From Malacoraja senta (Eukaryota): 64,000 nt of DNA. The notes beneath the pieces are model-generated. The model was not told where the DNA came from. It worked only from the letters and a program-made list of their open reading frames with translations, and searched no databases. The stretch covers positions 9,364,001 to 9,428,000 of the forward strand of contig CM075989.1 of the NCBI GenBank assembly GCA_038087875.1, in the 5' to 3' direction. Position numbers and translations under genes: made by a program. The stretch's first letter is position 1. Each line of letters opens with the position of its first letter. This document shows positions 22,771 to 36,360 of the stretch, piece after piece.

Positions 22771-25700
22771 TCACTAACCATACTGAAGAATCTTTAAGAG
22801 TATAGTGTGAGGCAGAAGTTGCAACAAGAATGTTCAGTCATAAAATTGTACAAATGTGGCTCAGAAAACAAAATAGAAGGATAGAATGATTGGTTTAAAA
22901 AAAAAAAGGAACCAAGGGGCATAATGTTTTAATTTGTTACTTCTAAAGGTTCAACAATAAATTTGGAAGGAATTGGGCAATCACAATTGCAAGTATTATT
23001 TTTACTCTGCCATTAGAGGGCTTTTTACACTAGAATGAATAAACCTAAGTGGCTTGGCAAATCTATTTCCAAACTTCCACCTACCCATTTGTGTGGTATG
23101 TTGGGTGGTATTTACATGTTATGGAAGAGCAGGGAATTTTTGGATGCATTTTGATGCCATTATCCAAACTGCACGTAAATAATGGTAAGGACTTCATTGC
23201 TACTATGAAATCAGTCCAATATTAAATTTGTTTAAAGTAATTGCATTGTTCCAGAACCTGGTAAATTTATTTTATCTTTGTTTGTAATGCAACAAGAAAT
23301 GTGAGATGTGGGAGGGAAATTCACATGCCTTTCTTTCACATAATATTTTACTATGAAATGCTGGGTAAACCTAAATTTGGACAAAAAGTGTGCATATCAA
23401 AAGTAGAGCATTTTGAAATTATTATTGAGTTAATGGATAATTGTGCTGTGTGGTGGACTGCTTTCCAATTTTTGACCCACCGAGCATTTAGTTTTACAAT
23501 TGTTGTTTCTGATTACCCTATAATTCTCCGGCCATGAGCTCCTTACCAGTTTCCATTTTCTTTTATGATTCCAGTTATCCGCAGGTTTGCCTGAAGTTAC
23601 CAGTTACGGGTGGAATAAAATTGCTTTGTGTTGTCCACCTTGTGATTCCTTGGAAATCTAAAATAATTGCTTCCAAGCTCTCAATTGTAACACAGTAGGA
23701 GGATGATTAGCTTATAGATTCCATACTAATTCTAAGACCAGTGCACACTGCTGTAATCATCCCCACCTCACACCCCGTGGCCTTGCAATTTTTCCCTTTC
23801 AAGTTCTTCTATAGCTCTCTTTATCAAAGTGATTTGATAGTCACCTGACAGTGCATTCCAAATGCTAACAACTTCGTTTTAAAAGAAAATGTAATTGTCT
23901 CACTTCGGTTATTTCACCATTCGCCTTCGTTCTAGATCAAGGTCCCCAATCTTGATCTGTTTATAAGTGGAAACAGTTACTGTATCAAATGCCTTCGCAA
24001 CTTCCTTGTTTGGGGAGAACAAACCTATCCAGTTAACCAAAGACCTTCTGTTCTCTTCATAGTTCACCATGCCTCCAAATTCTGTCTGCAAATATGAAAA
24101 ACATATCCTGTGCAACTAAATACAAATTATTTATACAGGTGGCTCCTGCAATACATCTGGAAATTTGTCCCCACAGAACTCACATATCAGTACCCAAAAA
24201 TTTGAGATGCGGAATAACATTCTCATGGAATTTATGTAGGAAGAAGTAAACGGATCAGTACAATTTGTTTTTCAACTTTTGTTGATACACGAGGAAGTAA
24301 TGTGATCACTTTACAGAGAAGTTGCAATGTGTCCTGATTTATAGGAATGCCACCCCGCTGTAAAATAGGGATTGTCTCTATATATTCCAAAAATTGGAGG
24401 CCTCATGTTTAAATTATTAGCACAAAAATCCTGTCGGGTTACTCCACTGTCCTCTGTCCTCAGTTCAAGAACAATCTTTCACTCCATCATACCTCTCTTT
24501 AGATTCCCTTTTTGTTTACTGACAGTCTTTTTTTCATACTTGGTGTCTCGTCCTGTCAGTCATCTTGTTTTAATTCCTATCAGAACTTCCTGCAATCAGC
24601 TTCGTTCTCACTAAGGTTAGTAACCTGATGCATTTCATATGCCTTTTCTTCCTGCCCTATCCTATTGTAAATTGCTCTCTTGTTTTCATCGTCCATTGAA
24701 CTGTGGCTTTAATTTCCATATCCTACTCCTTTATGGGTATGTACCAAAACTGTAGCTGAAGTATTTCCAGCTTCAAAACCTTCCATTGTTCAGTTATGTC
24801 TGACAATTTGACTCTACCCATGACAGATCATTTCACATCCCATTGTAAAGGACCCTTTTTAGATTAACTGTTTTTACTTTGGAATTGTCTGTCAGAATCC
24901 ATTATCATTTTACTTTGGACAATAATGGATGCTTCCAATGTGAAGGGAATTGTGTCAATTTGCACACTGCGTGTTGCCTTTCCCTCCAAATCTGTTCTTT
25001 TGATCTTTCCCTCGTGGGTTGCACAGTGAGTGTTCCTCTGGGACCCAACAGAGGTATTGTTGAAGTCTTGCAATATTGGCACAACATTAAATTTCTTCAC
25101 CGGGTGCTTATTTTCTTTGGCAATAGACCAGATGAATGGATAATGCAGCAAACATATTAACATCAGCGTGAAATTAATGCCATTTTTTTGTATTTTCTGT
25201 AATTTGCTGGAATGACACAGCCTGTCAGCATTTGAAAAAATAAAATTGGTCAGTTATTGGGCCTTTTTAAATCCCTGCAAGTTCACTATCAGTTTTAACC
25301 TAAGCATATCAAAATACTAAAATGGGATAAGGTTGACAAGTGATGTTAGTTGTTTGAGAGATTCCACATGATAAATTGCTGAATCGGTTGAGAAATTGTG
25401 GTAGGACTCACTTAGCAACCAACCTAAGTATTGCCAGTTTTTCTGTTTTCATTTTAATGAAAAACTCTGCATCTTTTAAACATTGTGTTTAATAATTTCA
25501 AAAGCAGTCTTCCTATTTTCTCTCCCGGCAGCAGCTGCTTATAATTGTTCTGCCATTCCTAATTACATCCCCCAAATCCACCTTTTTTTACCATGTCCCA
25601 TCATCACCATCCCCTCCTCCCTGCTGTTTGGCTTTCTGCATCATCCCTTTTATCATTTAATCTTCTCTGTTTTCGATCACTGAACCCTGCTGTACCATGC

Positions 25701-25977
25701 TGGGTCTTCTAACTTTTCCAGTTCCCATCCAAAATGTTAATTCCCTCTTCTGCCATGTGCCCACTTAGAGTAATAGTTCTAATATTCTGAACAGATTAAC
25801 TTTCGATTCCTAGATTTGTTCAATTGGGCTATCACTTTTTGTCTATTCCAAGTGTTTCAGAATTTTGAAAACCTTTCCAAAACATAACTATCGGTGGCCT
25901 CCTGCTGTTCGATGCAAGTGTGGGTGAATTCCTGTGCCCTGTCATCCTTTTCCATATCAGTTCTCTGCAAGATCTCT

Positions 25978-26200
25978 ATGTAGAAACAAGGAACTGCAGA
26001 TGCTGGTTTACCAAGGAAAGGCACAGAATGCTGGATGTAAATCAGTGGGTCAGGCAGCTTCACCAGAGAACATGCACTAGTTGACCTTTCAGGTCGGGAC
26101 CCTTCCTCAGACTGAAAAAGTTCCAGGAACCAAAACGTCACCAATCCATGTTCTCCAGCGATGCTGCCTTACCAACTGAGTTACCAAAGCATTTTGTCTT
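25978..26200. mobile_element. Degenerate foldback PLE-derived element
   Basis: AAGGAACTGCAGATGCTGG...GGCAGC...CCCTTCCTCAGACTGA...AAACGTCACC...GATGCTGCC...GCATTTTGT; same architecture as 9912-10120. Confidence 0.7.
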
Positions 26201-28437
26201 TCCCAATCCAACTCTAATTCCATCCACCATGCCATCACTTTAGCCTGCAGGATTTTCTCCATGATATCTATTCAACTTCTTGGAGACCACAACTCAATTT
26301 ACATCCATCACATCTACGGTCAGTGCGTTCCAGATGTTTCTCCTCCAGTTCCTCATAATTCTATTTTACCCTTTACTTCCTACTGGCACCTGTCCTTTGA
26401 CCGCTCCAAAACGAACAGCTGCAAAGTCCTGAATTGTGCATGCCTTAAACTATTTTCTCAACCTGCTCTTTCATTTATTTGTGTATTCGTATTACGTTCC
26501 ATTATATTCAGTACTCTATTGCCTCATGCATATTTCAAATTTCTCTGCTTTAAATGTTGTCCATTACTCCAGCCTTTTTATCCAGATACAATCAAAATAT
26601 CCTTTTGAACGATACTCTGCGCTGTGTATCTTTCCCTTTGCTCTGCCTATTGTACGGAAGTTTGACTTTCAAATTTCCACCTCTCTGGGAAAACAAATTT
26701 AAATCCTTGCCAACAGCACTAGCGAACTTCCCAACAGGTTCTCTCAGATTTGTTTCTCTCCTTCTGTCCCTTACCCCTCCCTTCTTCTGTAGCCCAGCAA
26801 TGTATTCTCTCACGTGCATATCAACCTCCAGTTCTTTTGCCATTGACAATCCTAAGGTTTAAATAACCTGCCAGTGCTTCTTTTGTATGTGGACAGAAAC
26901 CAGACTTCCTGGCAGAAATCCACAGAGCATGGGGAGAATGTGCAGACTGCTCACAAGCAACTTTGGAGATCAGGATTGAAGCTGGACCCTGGAGCTCTGA
27001 GACAGCAGATCCGAGCACTGCACCTGCCCTCCTTTCCTGTGCTCCATATTACACATTTTAAAGTCTTAATTTTATGCACAGCTCTACCATGTATATTTTA
27101 TTCAAGTACATGACTTACAATTTAAGTCTTGAATGCTCAACTCAACTTACTACTTGAGTGTGAAGTAATGTAGCTTTGTCAGACTTCAAAGGTTTAAAAG
27201 CAATCCAAATAATTGTGAATATCTCATAAGAATATTTAGGTATTATATTGTGTTACTTTGAATAATGCAAGTTTAGCAGGAGATGTCTTCAGTAATTCTA
27301 GATTTATTTTCTTTTACCGTGCATTCTCGCAAATATTTTTCCACTTTGTTTCCCTTCAAGAAAGCCACGAGATATTCAAATAAAGTTCTAAATGGATTTA
27401 CTTCTAGGTTACGACTTCATTCTTCCACTGGTCACTTTGATTTCCAAATCTGTCTAGTATTGGAGTCAGGCTATCACTAGCTCTATTAAATATTCAAGAA
27501 TTTGGACACTTTTCCTATAGCATCTTCCATATGGTTAAACAAAGGCATCAATTCTTCATGCCTTTATAACTGTAAACTTAAATTCTTGGCATTGTTTAAC
27601 TGAATCCTTCCATGGCTCTAACTTCCTTCCTGTTGCATGATGCCAAAACTACACACAATGCTCCAACTGTGGGTTATTGAGTGGGAAACTATCCAAAATA
27701 ATCAAAGTCTAACGGTGACCTTTTGCTGCCCTAAACATGCCATTTGTGAACAGTGATATTCTTGCACATGTGAGTGAGAGGTCGCCTGCGTGTTGTTGCA
27801 CCTGTCTTCAGCTTCTGCGATGGGTTGTGACTGCAGTTTAGTTTAACTTGAAAGTATTTGAATAGATTTTGACACCGGCCGTTAAATATTTTACTTCCTT
27901 TGTGTGGAGGTTGAGCCAGAATGATGCTTTCCACTCCATTGCAATCTCGCAAATGTATAAAATCTCAAACAGTCAAACCTCTAGTTTCAGGACCTCATTC
28001 TTTTTCATTCATTCTGTCTGTTTGTTTGAAAGATTTTTGAGGCCCCAAGAGATAGATGGATGTTCAGGATTCCATGACACTATTTGAAGAGCAGGTTCTT
28101 GTTCTGTGTCAGAAAAACATGAGTCTTGTTCAGTGTTCATTCCACAGTAAACATCTTTCAACGATTGGTCACTTTGCTCCAGGCCGTCGCACAACCTGCT
28201 CAAACGTGGTCCATAGAAATTATTTCAGTGAAAAAATAAGAGTAGCTCCTTGCTGTGGAGGCCGAATTTGGATGACTGGCAGTAAGGATTCTGACACTAC
28301 CTTCTGTAGACTTGGGGGCCAAACACTTCAATGGTTGGAATCTTACCTCGCACTAAAGAAATTGATGTAGTCGTCGAAAGCCAAACATAGCAACCCAAGA
28401 ACATCACTACTGAAGTACCTCAGAAATATCCTAGTTT

Positions 28438-29488
28438 TCTTTTTTCTTCTTTTTTAAAAAATTTATTAGAAGCAAATGTACAAGAATAAAACAATCTGCA
28501 TATAAAATTATACAGTTAATGTACAGCTTCAATTTTAACTTTTTAACTTTAAAATAGAGGAAAAGAAAAGAGAAAGAACAAGAGAGAGAAAAAGTGAGAG
28601 GTGCAAAGATAGGACCCCTAGACTACCAAAGTAGTGTAGCCAAAGAGTGGATAAAAGAAAGAAAGAAAATATATATTTTTTAAAAGAATAAAAAGAAAAA
28701 GAGAGAAAAAAGTGGTGATATACCGTCTCCCCGCCTCACCCAACCCATAGTTGGATTTAAATCCAAAGTTGTGTTGCGCCATACTATCCTTGTAAGAATT
28801 CGGTAAAGGGTGACCATGTCTTGAAAAAATGATCTGGTTTTTCTGCCAAGACAAGTCTAATATTTTCAAGATGTAGTGTCTCGGACATGTTTGTAATCCA
28901 CATCTTAACAGTAGGGACTGATGTGTGTTTCCAAAATTTAAGTATTAGTTTTTTTGCCGTTATCAGGCCATAATTAAGGAAACGTCTTTGAAATACTGTT
29001 AACTCAGAACAGGCTTCTGACGTACCTAGAGTGATCAGTTCAGTGTCGCGGTCCAATTTTATTTTAAGTATTTTAGAAAAAATTTCAAAAATTCCTCTCC
29101 AGAAATTATGTAACTTTATACAAGAGGCAAAAGAATGGGTTATAGTTGCTTCCCGAAGGAGACATTTATCACAAATAGGAGAAACATTTGGGAAGATCTT
29201 ATTCAGTTTAGACTTTGAATAATAGAGTCTGTGCAGTTTTTTAAATTGTATTAGCGAATACCTAACGTTAAGAGAACAGTTGTGTATGTCTAGAAGATTT
29301 TCCTCCCATCTGTCTTTTAAAATTGTTAGGCCGAGTTCATCTTCCCAAGCTCGTCTAATTACTTCAGACGATGGGGTTTGTATATTTAAAAGGGTATTAT
29401 AAAGGTATGATATTAACTTATTTGAATCCGAGTTTCTATTCATACATTCGTCTAGTGTGTCTGGAACCATATATTGATAGTCTTGGGT
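28438..29488 (-). mobile_element. 5'-truncated L1-clade LINE with TSD
   Basis: ORF 28784-29521(-) has QFKKLHRLY and the CCHC knuckle CDKC-x8-H-x4-C..FW typical of fish L1 ORF2. A-rich tail at ~28438-28465; 12-bp TSD ATATCCTAGTTT at 28426-28437 and 29489-29500. Confidence 0.88.
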
Positions 29489-29713
29489 ATATCCTAGTTT
29501 GATTAGTGACCTTCTTTCCATAACGACCCATTAAGATAGAAGTGGTGGGAAGGTTCACTGAAAAATGTTTAATGGCATCTGCACCACTCGAGCAAGTGAA
29601 ACAATCCATGCTTGCGTACAACAAGACCTCGACAACATTTGGGCATGGGCTGACAATTGGCAAATAGCATTCACACCAAAACGTGACAAAAAAATGTACA
29701 CCTTTCACAAAAA

Positions 29714-29898
29714 GTGAGTCTGGAATTCTCTGCCTCAGAGGGCGGTGGAGGCCGGTTCTCTGGATACTTTCAAGAGAGCTAGATAGGGCTCTTAAAGATA
29801 ACGGAGTCAGGGGATATGGGGAGAAGGCAGGAACCGGGTACTGATTGGGGTACTCGAAGGGCCGAATGGCCTCCTCCTGCACCTATTGTCTATTGTCT
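29714..29898 (+). mobile_element. CR1 3' terminal fragment
   Basis: GTGAGTCTGGAATTCTCTGCCTCAGAGGGCGGTGGAGG...GGGATATGGGGAGAAGGCAGG...GGCCGAATGGCCTCCTCCTGCACC(TATTGTC)n. Confidence 0.85.
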
Positions 29899-30371
29899 TA
29901 AAGTCTAATTCACAAGTTTTGACATCGATTGACATTACCATCACTGAGTCCACCACCATCAACATCTTAAAAGTCACCAGCAACTTAGCTGGACCAGCAA
30001 CAAACGCTGTGGTTACAAGAACAGATCAGAAATTGTATATCTAGAGGCGGGTGAGTCGCCTAATGACACTCAAACACTTCCACAGTTTAAGGGCACAAAT
30101 CAGGAGTATGATGTAATGTACTTTGATAGCCTGGATGAGGTGTAGCTCCAGCAACATTCATATTCAACACAATTCAGGACAAATCATCCTGATTGATTGC
30201 TACCCTATCTGGCACTCTATTCATTCCCTATATCCCAGTGGCTGCAGCAACAGCATTTGTAAAATGCTCTGCCCAAGGTAGTCTGACAACTCTAGTCCCA
30301 AGAAGGACAAGGGCAGCAGGCTTGTATGAACACCACCACCTGGAGGTTGCACATCATGTTGGCTTAGAAGG

Positions 30372-30750
30372 CAAAGAGACACAAAATGCTGGAGTAACTC
30401 AGCCAGTCTGGCAGCATCTCTGGAGAAAAGGAATAGATGACGTTTTGGGTGTTGACGTGCTGAGTTAATCCAACATTTTGTGTCGATCTCCAGAGTTGAA
30501 ACATTTGTGTTGAACAGGTTGGGGTTGAAACCTGGTTTCTGGCATTGTAGGGTGGTGTGTCTACCAGCTGCACTGTGGTGCAGCCCTATTAACTTGCCCA
30601 GAGCCACGATGGAAGGAAATACTCAGAGCCAAGTCCCTCCAGAAGATGTCACATATTCCTTTCCTCTAGAGATGCTGCCTGTGTTACTCCAGCATTTTGT
30701 GGCTATCTTTGGTATAAACCAGCATCTGCAGTTCCTTCCTACACGTATTA
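30372..30750. mobile_element. Composite PLE-derived foldback insertion
   Basis: PLE-end sequence in opposite orientations at the two ends; direct repeat GCTTAGAAGG at 30362-30371 and 30751-30760. Confidence 0.65.
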
Positions 30751-32312
30751 GCTTAGAAGGATATCGCTCTTTCATTCATTGTTTCATCTAAATCCTAGAT
30801 CTCCATCTCCCAACAACAATTATGAGTACATTCATAAGAAGGATTGTGGTAACCTGAAGACAACGCCACAGGGATGGATTAATAAAATACTCACCTTCCC
30901 AGCAACATCTATATCTTGAAAAATATTTATTTAATTGTTTTCAAAAAAGATTAAAATTCTATCTATGCTAACAATTATTCAGTTACAAAATGATTACTTT
31001 TATAATTACAATTTTCCAGCTGAAGAAATTGATGTTGTGCATAAGGTGTTTGCCAGTATACTCCTGGCAATCTGAGCAAAAATCAGTGAGAAACTTCCTA
31101 TTTCTTTCCCATGGGAGGAAGTGTTTTACTACTCTACAGTTTTTGCAGGTCAGTGCTCATACTGGCGATTTAAGTGGGGGAATCATTCATGTTTGCAAGC
31201 AATTCCAGTTGCTTTATACCCCTCATCTTTTGCAGTGACCTGTCTATCTGAAATTGGTACTGGGTGCCATAAATTTTTTATCATCATGGGAGAGAATGGG
31301 GATCTAAACATAACCCTGGTCTGACCTTCCCCATATTAATATTTTTTAACAAGCTTTAATGAGACCTGGTAGATCAAGAATAGAACCGGTGCTATTTTTG
31401 TCCCTTGTGGCTCAGAGTTTTGTCAAATGTTACACTTTCCCACCACAGTATTTGAGCAGTTCTAAAGGAGAAGCTTTGATTAAAGTGGTGTATGGTGATG
31501 ACAAGGGGGAAGACTTTGTACTTTTGTCAGGTCTATTCATTGGAGTCACTTTTGTTGTTTTAATAATGCATTTTTTGGCCACCAGGTTTGAGAAGTTCCC
31601 AGTTGCTAGTTGTACTTGTTGCTCTCTTGTGATCAGCCTTGACCAGAATAATACAGTTCTAATGTTTTTTATAGCTATGAACGTGCAAATAAATTTATTG
31701 AGAAGAAAAAAGACCTAAGTGATAGCAGAATATTTAGTTTGGCTGCTTGAGAATTTGAAATGTATACATTTTTTAAAAATCAAGTGTGCACTAAATAGTA
31801 ATGTAATTTTTTTTTATTTTTTAAGAGTTGGGTGTAAGAGTAGGGCACTTGGTTTTGCAAGTCAGTTCTCCCATTCAGTATCACAGCTATACCCTTCTGC
31901 TCCAATACCCAATCCATTTGAATATTTTTGTATTTGAAAATCCATCGTTTGGTGTTGATTTGACTGAGTGAGCAACCACATCCTTCTGGGATGAAGAATT
32001 CCAGACATTTGTCCTTGTTTGAATGAACAAATCTCTCATGAGTCTTTAATGGTCAATTGTTCGTTCTAGACTTGGCTGTGAAAATATTCAGCAATTATCC
32101 TCAAAATTTCCTTTTTAATTTTGTTTCAATGAAATTGCCTCATTCTTTAAACTCCTTTGAAATGTAATTTGAAAATAAAACATTGTAGTTGCTGGAAATT
32201 AAGTGGAGTTTTTCAGTTTAGGCAGCATCTGTGGAGTGAAACAGTTGATGTATAAGGTTAATGGTCATTCATCAGAAACGTCTTGTGCTTTTTGGCATTG
32301 ACTAAATGATCT

Positions 32313-32592
32313 TTTAGTTTCTTTAGTTTAGTTTAGAGGTACAGTGCGAAAACAGGCCCTTTGGCCTACCGAGTGTGCACTGACCAGCGATCCCCGCTCA
32401 CACTATCCTACACACACTGAGGACAATTTACAATTGCACCAGGCTGATTAACTACAAATCTGTATGTCTTTGGAGAGTGGGAGCAAACCGGAGATCCTGG
32501 AGAAAACCCACACAGGTCATGGGGAGAATGTACGAACTCCGGTCTCTGGCTCTGTAAGGCAGAAACTCTACCGCTGCGCCACTGTGCCGCCC
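32313..32592 (-). mobile_element. V-SINE (HE1-like)
   Basis: Minus strand: GGGCGGCACAGTGGCGCAGCGGTAGAG head, V-domain, tail GGCCTGTTTTCGCACTGTACCTC(TAAAC)n. Confidence 0.85.
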
Positions 32593-34039
32593 AATTGGAC
32601 AATCGCACAGTATCTGAACCACTAATGAACGTTCATCTTATTCTTGCAAAGGGAAATATGTTCTTCAATCAGTTCTTGAGCTTTCATAGTACTCCCTGAA
32701 AGTCAAGTATATGCTCTTCGGGTGTAGGCTCTCGCCCTGGCCCTGTATAATTATAGCAATATTACTTTAATGTTTGAATCCGTAACACGAGGCAAACAAT
32801 TTGCAATCCTAATTCCTAATTTTGGTTATTTTTTGCTCCACACCTACCTAATGTCTAAGCAAGCTCCAGAAGGATTCTCTGGATCATATTGTGAGATCGA
32901 GCAAATTTAAGTAAATGGATTAAATTAAGTATGGTTTCTCTTTTGAATACCTGTGTGAAATAAATTGGCTAAGATCTGTATTAATTGTTTCAATAAACTG
33001 TCCCAAAAGTGAAATTGGGGCAGTGAATAATATGCACAATGAATTTTTAAGATGTTTCTGAAATTCAAAATTGTAACCGTTTCTCTTTGCTGCCTGACCT
33101 AGTTAGTGTTTTCTTTTCAATTTTTTCAGATTTCCAGCACCTGCAGTTCTTTGATTTTGTTCAGTCTTAGATGACACGAGTCCTGGATCTAAATTTTTAT
33201 TAGCTTCACTGGTGACATATGACTAAATTCAAAGAATCTGATACTTGCTATTTTCAGTAACAAAATAAAATGATCTGACTTTGACCTGTGCCAAGTCCAT
33301 CTGAAGAGTACTTGACATTGACTGGAAAACTTGTAACGTATCTTGTTAATCGGCACTGTCACACATACACACTCATCTGTTCTATCTTCCACCCAGCCAA
33401 GACACAGCTTAAAATAGCAGGACACCTAATTGAAGAACTCTCTAAGGGCTGCAAATATCCTGCAGCTATTGCAGCGATGCAAAAGTGAATTTATTGTACT
33501 TTGATATTCAACAATAAATTCCATGTCTTCATTTGACTTGGGTATTATTTCTGACCATCTGTGGATGATTGGAAAATTCATTGCTAATTAATGTATATAA
33601 TAACATCCCCTTTACAGGTCTTCCCCAGGTTATGACAAAATTCTGTTCCTATGAGCTGTTCGTAAGCTGGACAGTTTACAGGTCGCAATTGCGAGTAAAA
33701 AAAAAAAAAGAGTTCCCAGGCAGCAGAAGATACTGCAGCCTCGCAGCAGCCAGCGAATCTAACCAATCTGTCTCCCAAATGCTTGCACGTACATCCAGGG
33801 TGTATACAAGTTAGGCCTTCCTCACCTGAGGAGGACTGGCAGTGGAAACAGACGTCTTAAAGTGAACTGACACTGAGTACTGTAATTCATTTAAGTGATG
33901 TAGATGTAGTTGGTAGGGCCAGTAGTTATTATCTGTAATAATTACCTCTTCACTTGTGTCGTTGGAATAGTCCAAGTGTAGTAAGAGGTCCAAGGTTTTG
34001 ACCCAGCAATCATGAAGGAAAGGTAACATATGTAAGACA

Positions 34040-34635
34040 GTTTAGTGTAGAGACACAGAATGAAATAGGCCGTTCAGCCCACCAAGTCCACAATGAACAA
34101 AGATCACCGATAGACTATTTCTGTTATCCCACTTTCACATCATACACGCAAGTGGCAATTTACAGAAACCAATTAACCTGCAAATCTACACTTCATGTAG
34201 GAGGAAACTAGAGCACCAGGAGAAAATCCATCTGATCACATGGTGATCAGGGCAGCATGGTGGCACAGCTGGTGGTAGTTGCTGCCTTACAGCACTTGAT
34301 CCCGGATACGGGCGTTGTCTGTACAGAGTTTGTATGTTTTCCCTGTGACCTTGTGGGTTTTCTCTGTGATCTTTGGTTTCCTCCCACACTCAAAGACGGA
34401 CAGGTTTGTAAGTTAATTGGCTTGTGTTTGTGTACTTGGTGTAAGTGTAAATTGTTCCCAGTGTGTGTAGGCTTGTGTTAATGTGCTGGTCGGTGCGGAC
34501 TCGATGGGCCGAAGGGCCTGTTTCCGCACTCTATCTCTAAGCTAAACAAAACACAGGGTGAACGTACAAACTCTGCATGGACAGCACAATGATCAGGATA
34601 GCACCCGGGTCACTAGCGCTGTGAGGCAGTAACTC
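34040..34635. mobile_element. Nested V-SINEs: plus-strand copy (~34250-34550) inside a minus-strand copy
   Basis: Plus copy runs GGGCAGCATGGTGGCACAG...GGGCCGAAGGGCCTGTTTCCGCAC...CTAAAC. The flanks 34040-34240 and 34551-34635 are consecutive parts of a reverse-oriented copy. Confidence 0.75.
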
Positions 34636-34989
34636 TGCCACTGTGCTGTCCTAAATGGCGATAGCATGAAAACTTAAATGAGTTGTTCTTAGTGCTGGGG
34701 TAAAAACAACTTAAATTCCTTGCTGCTTTGCCAATGTATAATTTGCCAATTTGTCTCCTTTGTATTGATCGGGCACTTTTTCTCACTGGTTACTTTCATC
34801 TGTCATGTGCTTACTGCACAACTCTCTGGGTATTATTAAGTATCATTAGTTTGAGTGATGCTGGCAAAGAAGCCTTGGTCAGCTCAATGGCGCAGCAGTA
34901 GCGTTGCTGCCTTACAAAGTCAGAGAACTGGGTTCGATCCTCACTACAGGTGCTGTCTGTATGGAGTTTGTATGTTCTCCCTGTGGTTG

Positions 34990-35882
34990 CTTAGGTGGGG
35001 TGGGGTGGGCTGAGGGGGGGGCGCGGCATGGGGGGGGGGGGGGCAACGTGGACTCGACTTGTAGGGGGGGGGGCGTGGGGTCAGCGTAGGAGGAAAGTTC
35101 TGGAATTTTTGTAAAACGCCAATCAATCTTTGAGTCAATGAATAAACTCGACTTTTGATTCAACCCCGCCCCGTCACACACTTTCCCCCGTCACATCCCC
35201 CCCCGTCACACAACCCCCCCCCCCGTCACACACTCCCTCTCCCACCATCACACACTCCCCGCCATCACCCACCACCCCCCCCCCCTTGTGCGGCCCAGTC
35301 GGACTGATGATGGTGGCGTGCAGCATTCTCTTTCAAGCTTTTGTTACCGTTGACAACCCCAACGCAATATTCCACCACTCACCTGTTTCCCCCAACGCAA
35401 CCCGTTTCCACCACTCGCCAGTTTCCCCAACGCATCCCTCTCCCTCTCCCTCTTGATGGCGGCGCGCAGCATTCTCCTCCAAGCTTCTGCTGCCGTTACC
35501 ATTGGCAACCTCTCCTTCAAGCTGTTGTTACTGTTGGCAACGTCCCATTGTGATGTCATTGTCGCACTCGGCAGCTAGTGTAAATGAGAGCCCATTGTGA
35601 TTGGTGGACTGTAAGATGGCAATGTGACATCACTGGAAGCTCGCTTAGAAGCCGTTTTTGGCTTTTTTTAACTTTAATCATCAATAACTTTTGAAATATA
35701 GCATGAAATCTGAAGGGAACTTGATTATGGTGTGGACGGGAAAAATGTGAGTAAGAATGGAAATTTTTTCAGCGCTACCGCATAGAGTTTTGACAAAGAT
35801 ACAAAAAAATACATATACACACACGCATACATGATGCACACATACGTACCAGATGAGTTTTATAAGTATAGAAATATATAGA
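34990..35882 (-). mobile_element. Non-autonomous Helitron-like element, 3' end not identifiable, truncating a V-SINE (34885-34990)
   Basis: Shares the terminal signature (CA)n...GAGTTTTATAAGTATAGA and the internal CATTGTGATGTCA / CGTCACACAC motifs with the 48.6-53.0 kb elements. Confidence 0.6.
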
Positions 35883-36275
35883 TAACCTATATAGATTTAG
35901 AACCTAGTTTAGGAGATAATTATCTCCTAAACTATATAAGGATAGGGTGAATTGTGCAGAACTGCATTGCTCTGGTTCACAAATTCTAAAACCCATTTAC
36001 CACTCAGTAGGTGCAGAGGAGCATGAACTTTGCAAATATAGAAATACAACTGTTTTTTCTTAAGTGGAACGTTCCTGGGATTGTCAATCCCATTCAACTA
36101 CAAATTCATGTTTTGCAGATTTATTTCACAATCCAACATTGAGTGGGAACAATTGAGTTAAAAAACCTAAAATCACCATATGCTGTATTTATATCATTCA
36201 AAACCCATAAAATGCCCAGGTTTAAAAAAAAAAACACACTGACTGTAAACTTGACCTTTTCTTTATCTATTTAAG

Positions 36276-36360
36276 CTTCGGATAATGGCCAGCGATTTCA
36301 GGAGACTTGTTTTGCGTTCGCACTGACACCACAACAAGTTCAACAGATTAGTAATTCAAT
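36276..36360 (+). CDS. PIAS1: PIAS1 coding exon 3, 85 bp
   Basis: ttaAG|CT TCG GAT AAT... = (A)SDNGQRFQETCFAFALTPQQVQQISNS(M); donor GTAAGT at 36361; phase continues from exon 2. Confidence 0.96.

Noticed and set aside
32540..32592. tRNA genes at SINE heads (also 34250, 34885, 59200, 61345)
   Set aside because: A/B-box-like sequence runs straight into V-SINE bodies and no complete cloverleaf is evident.
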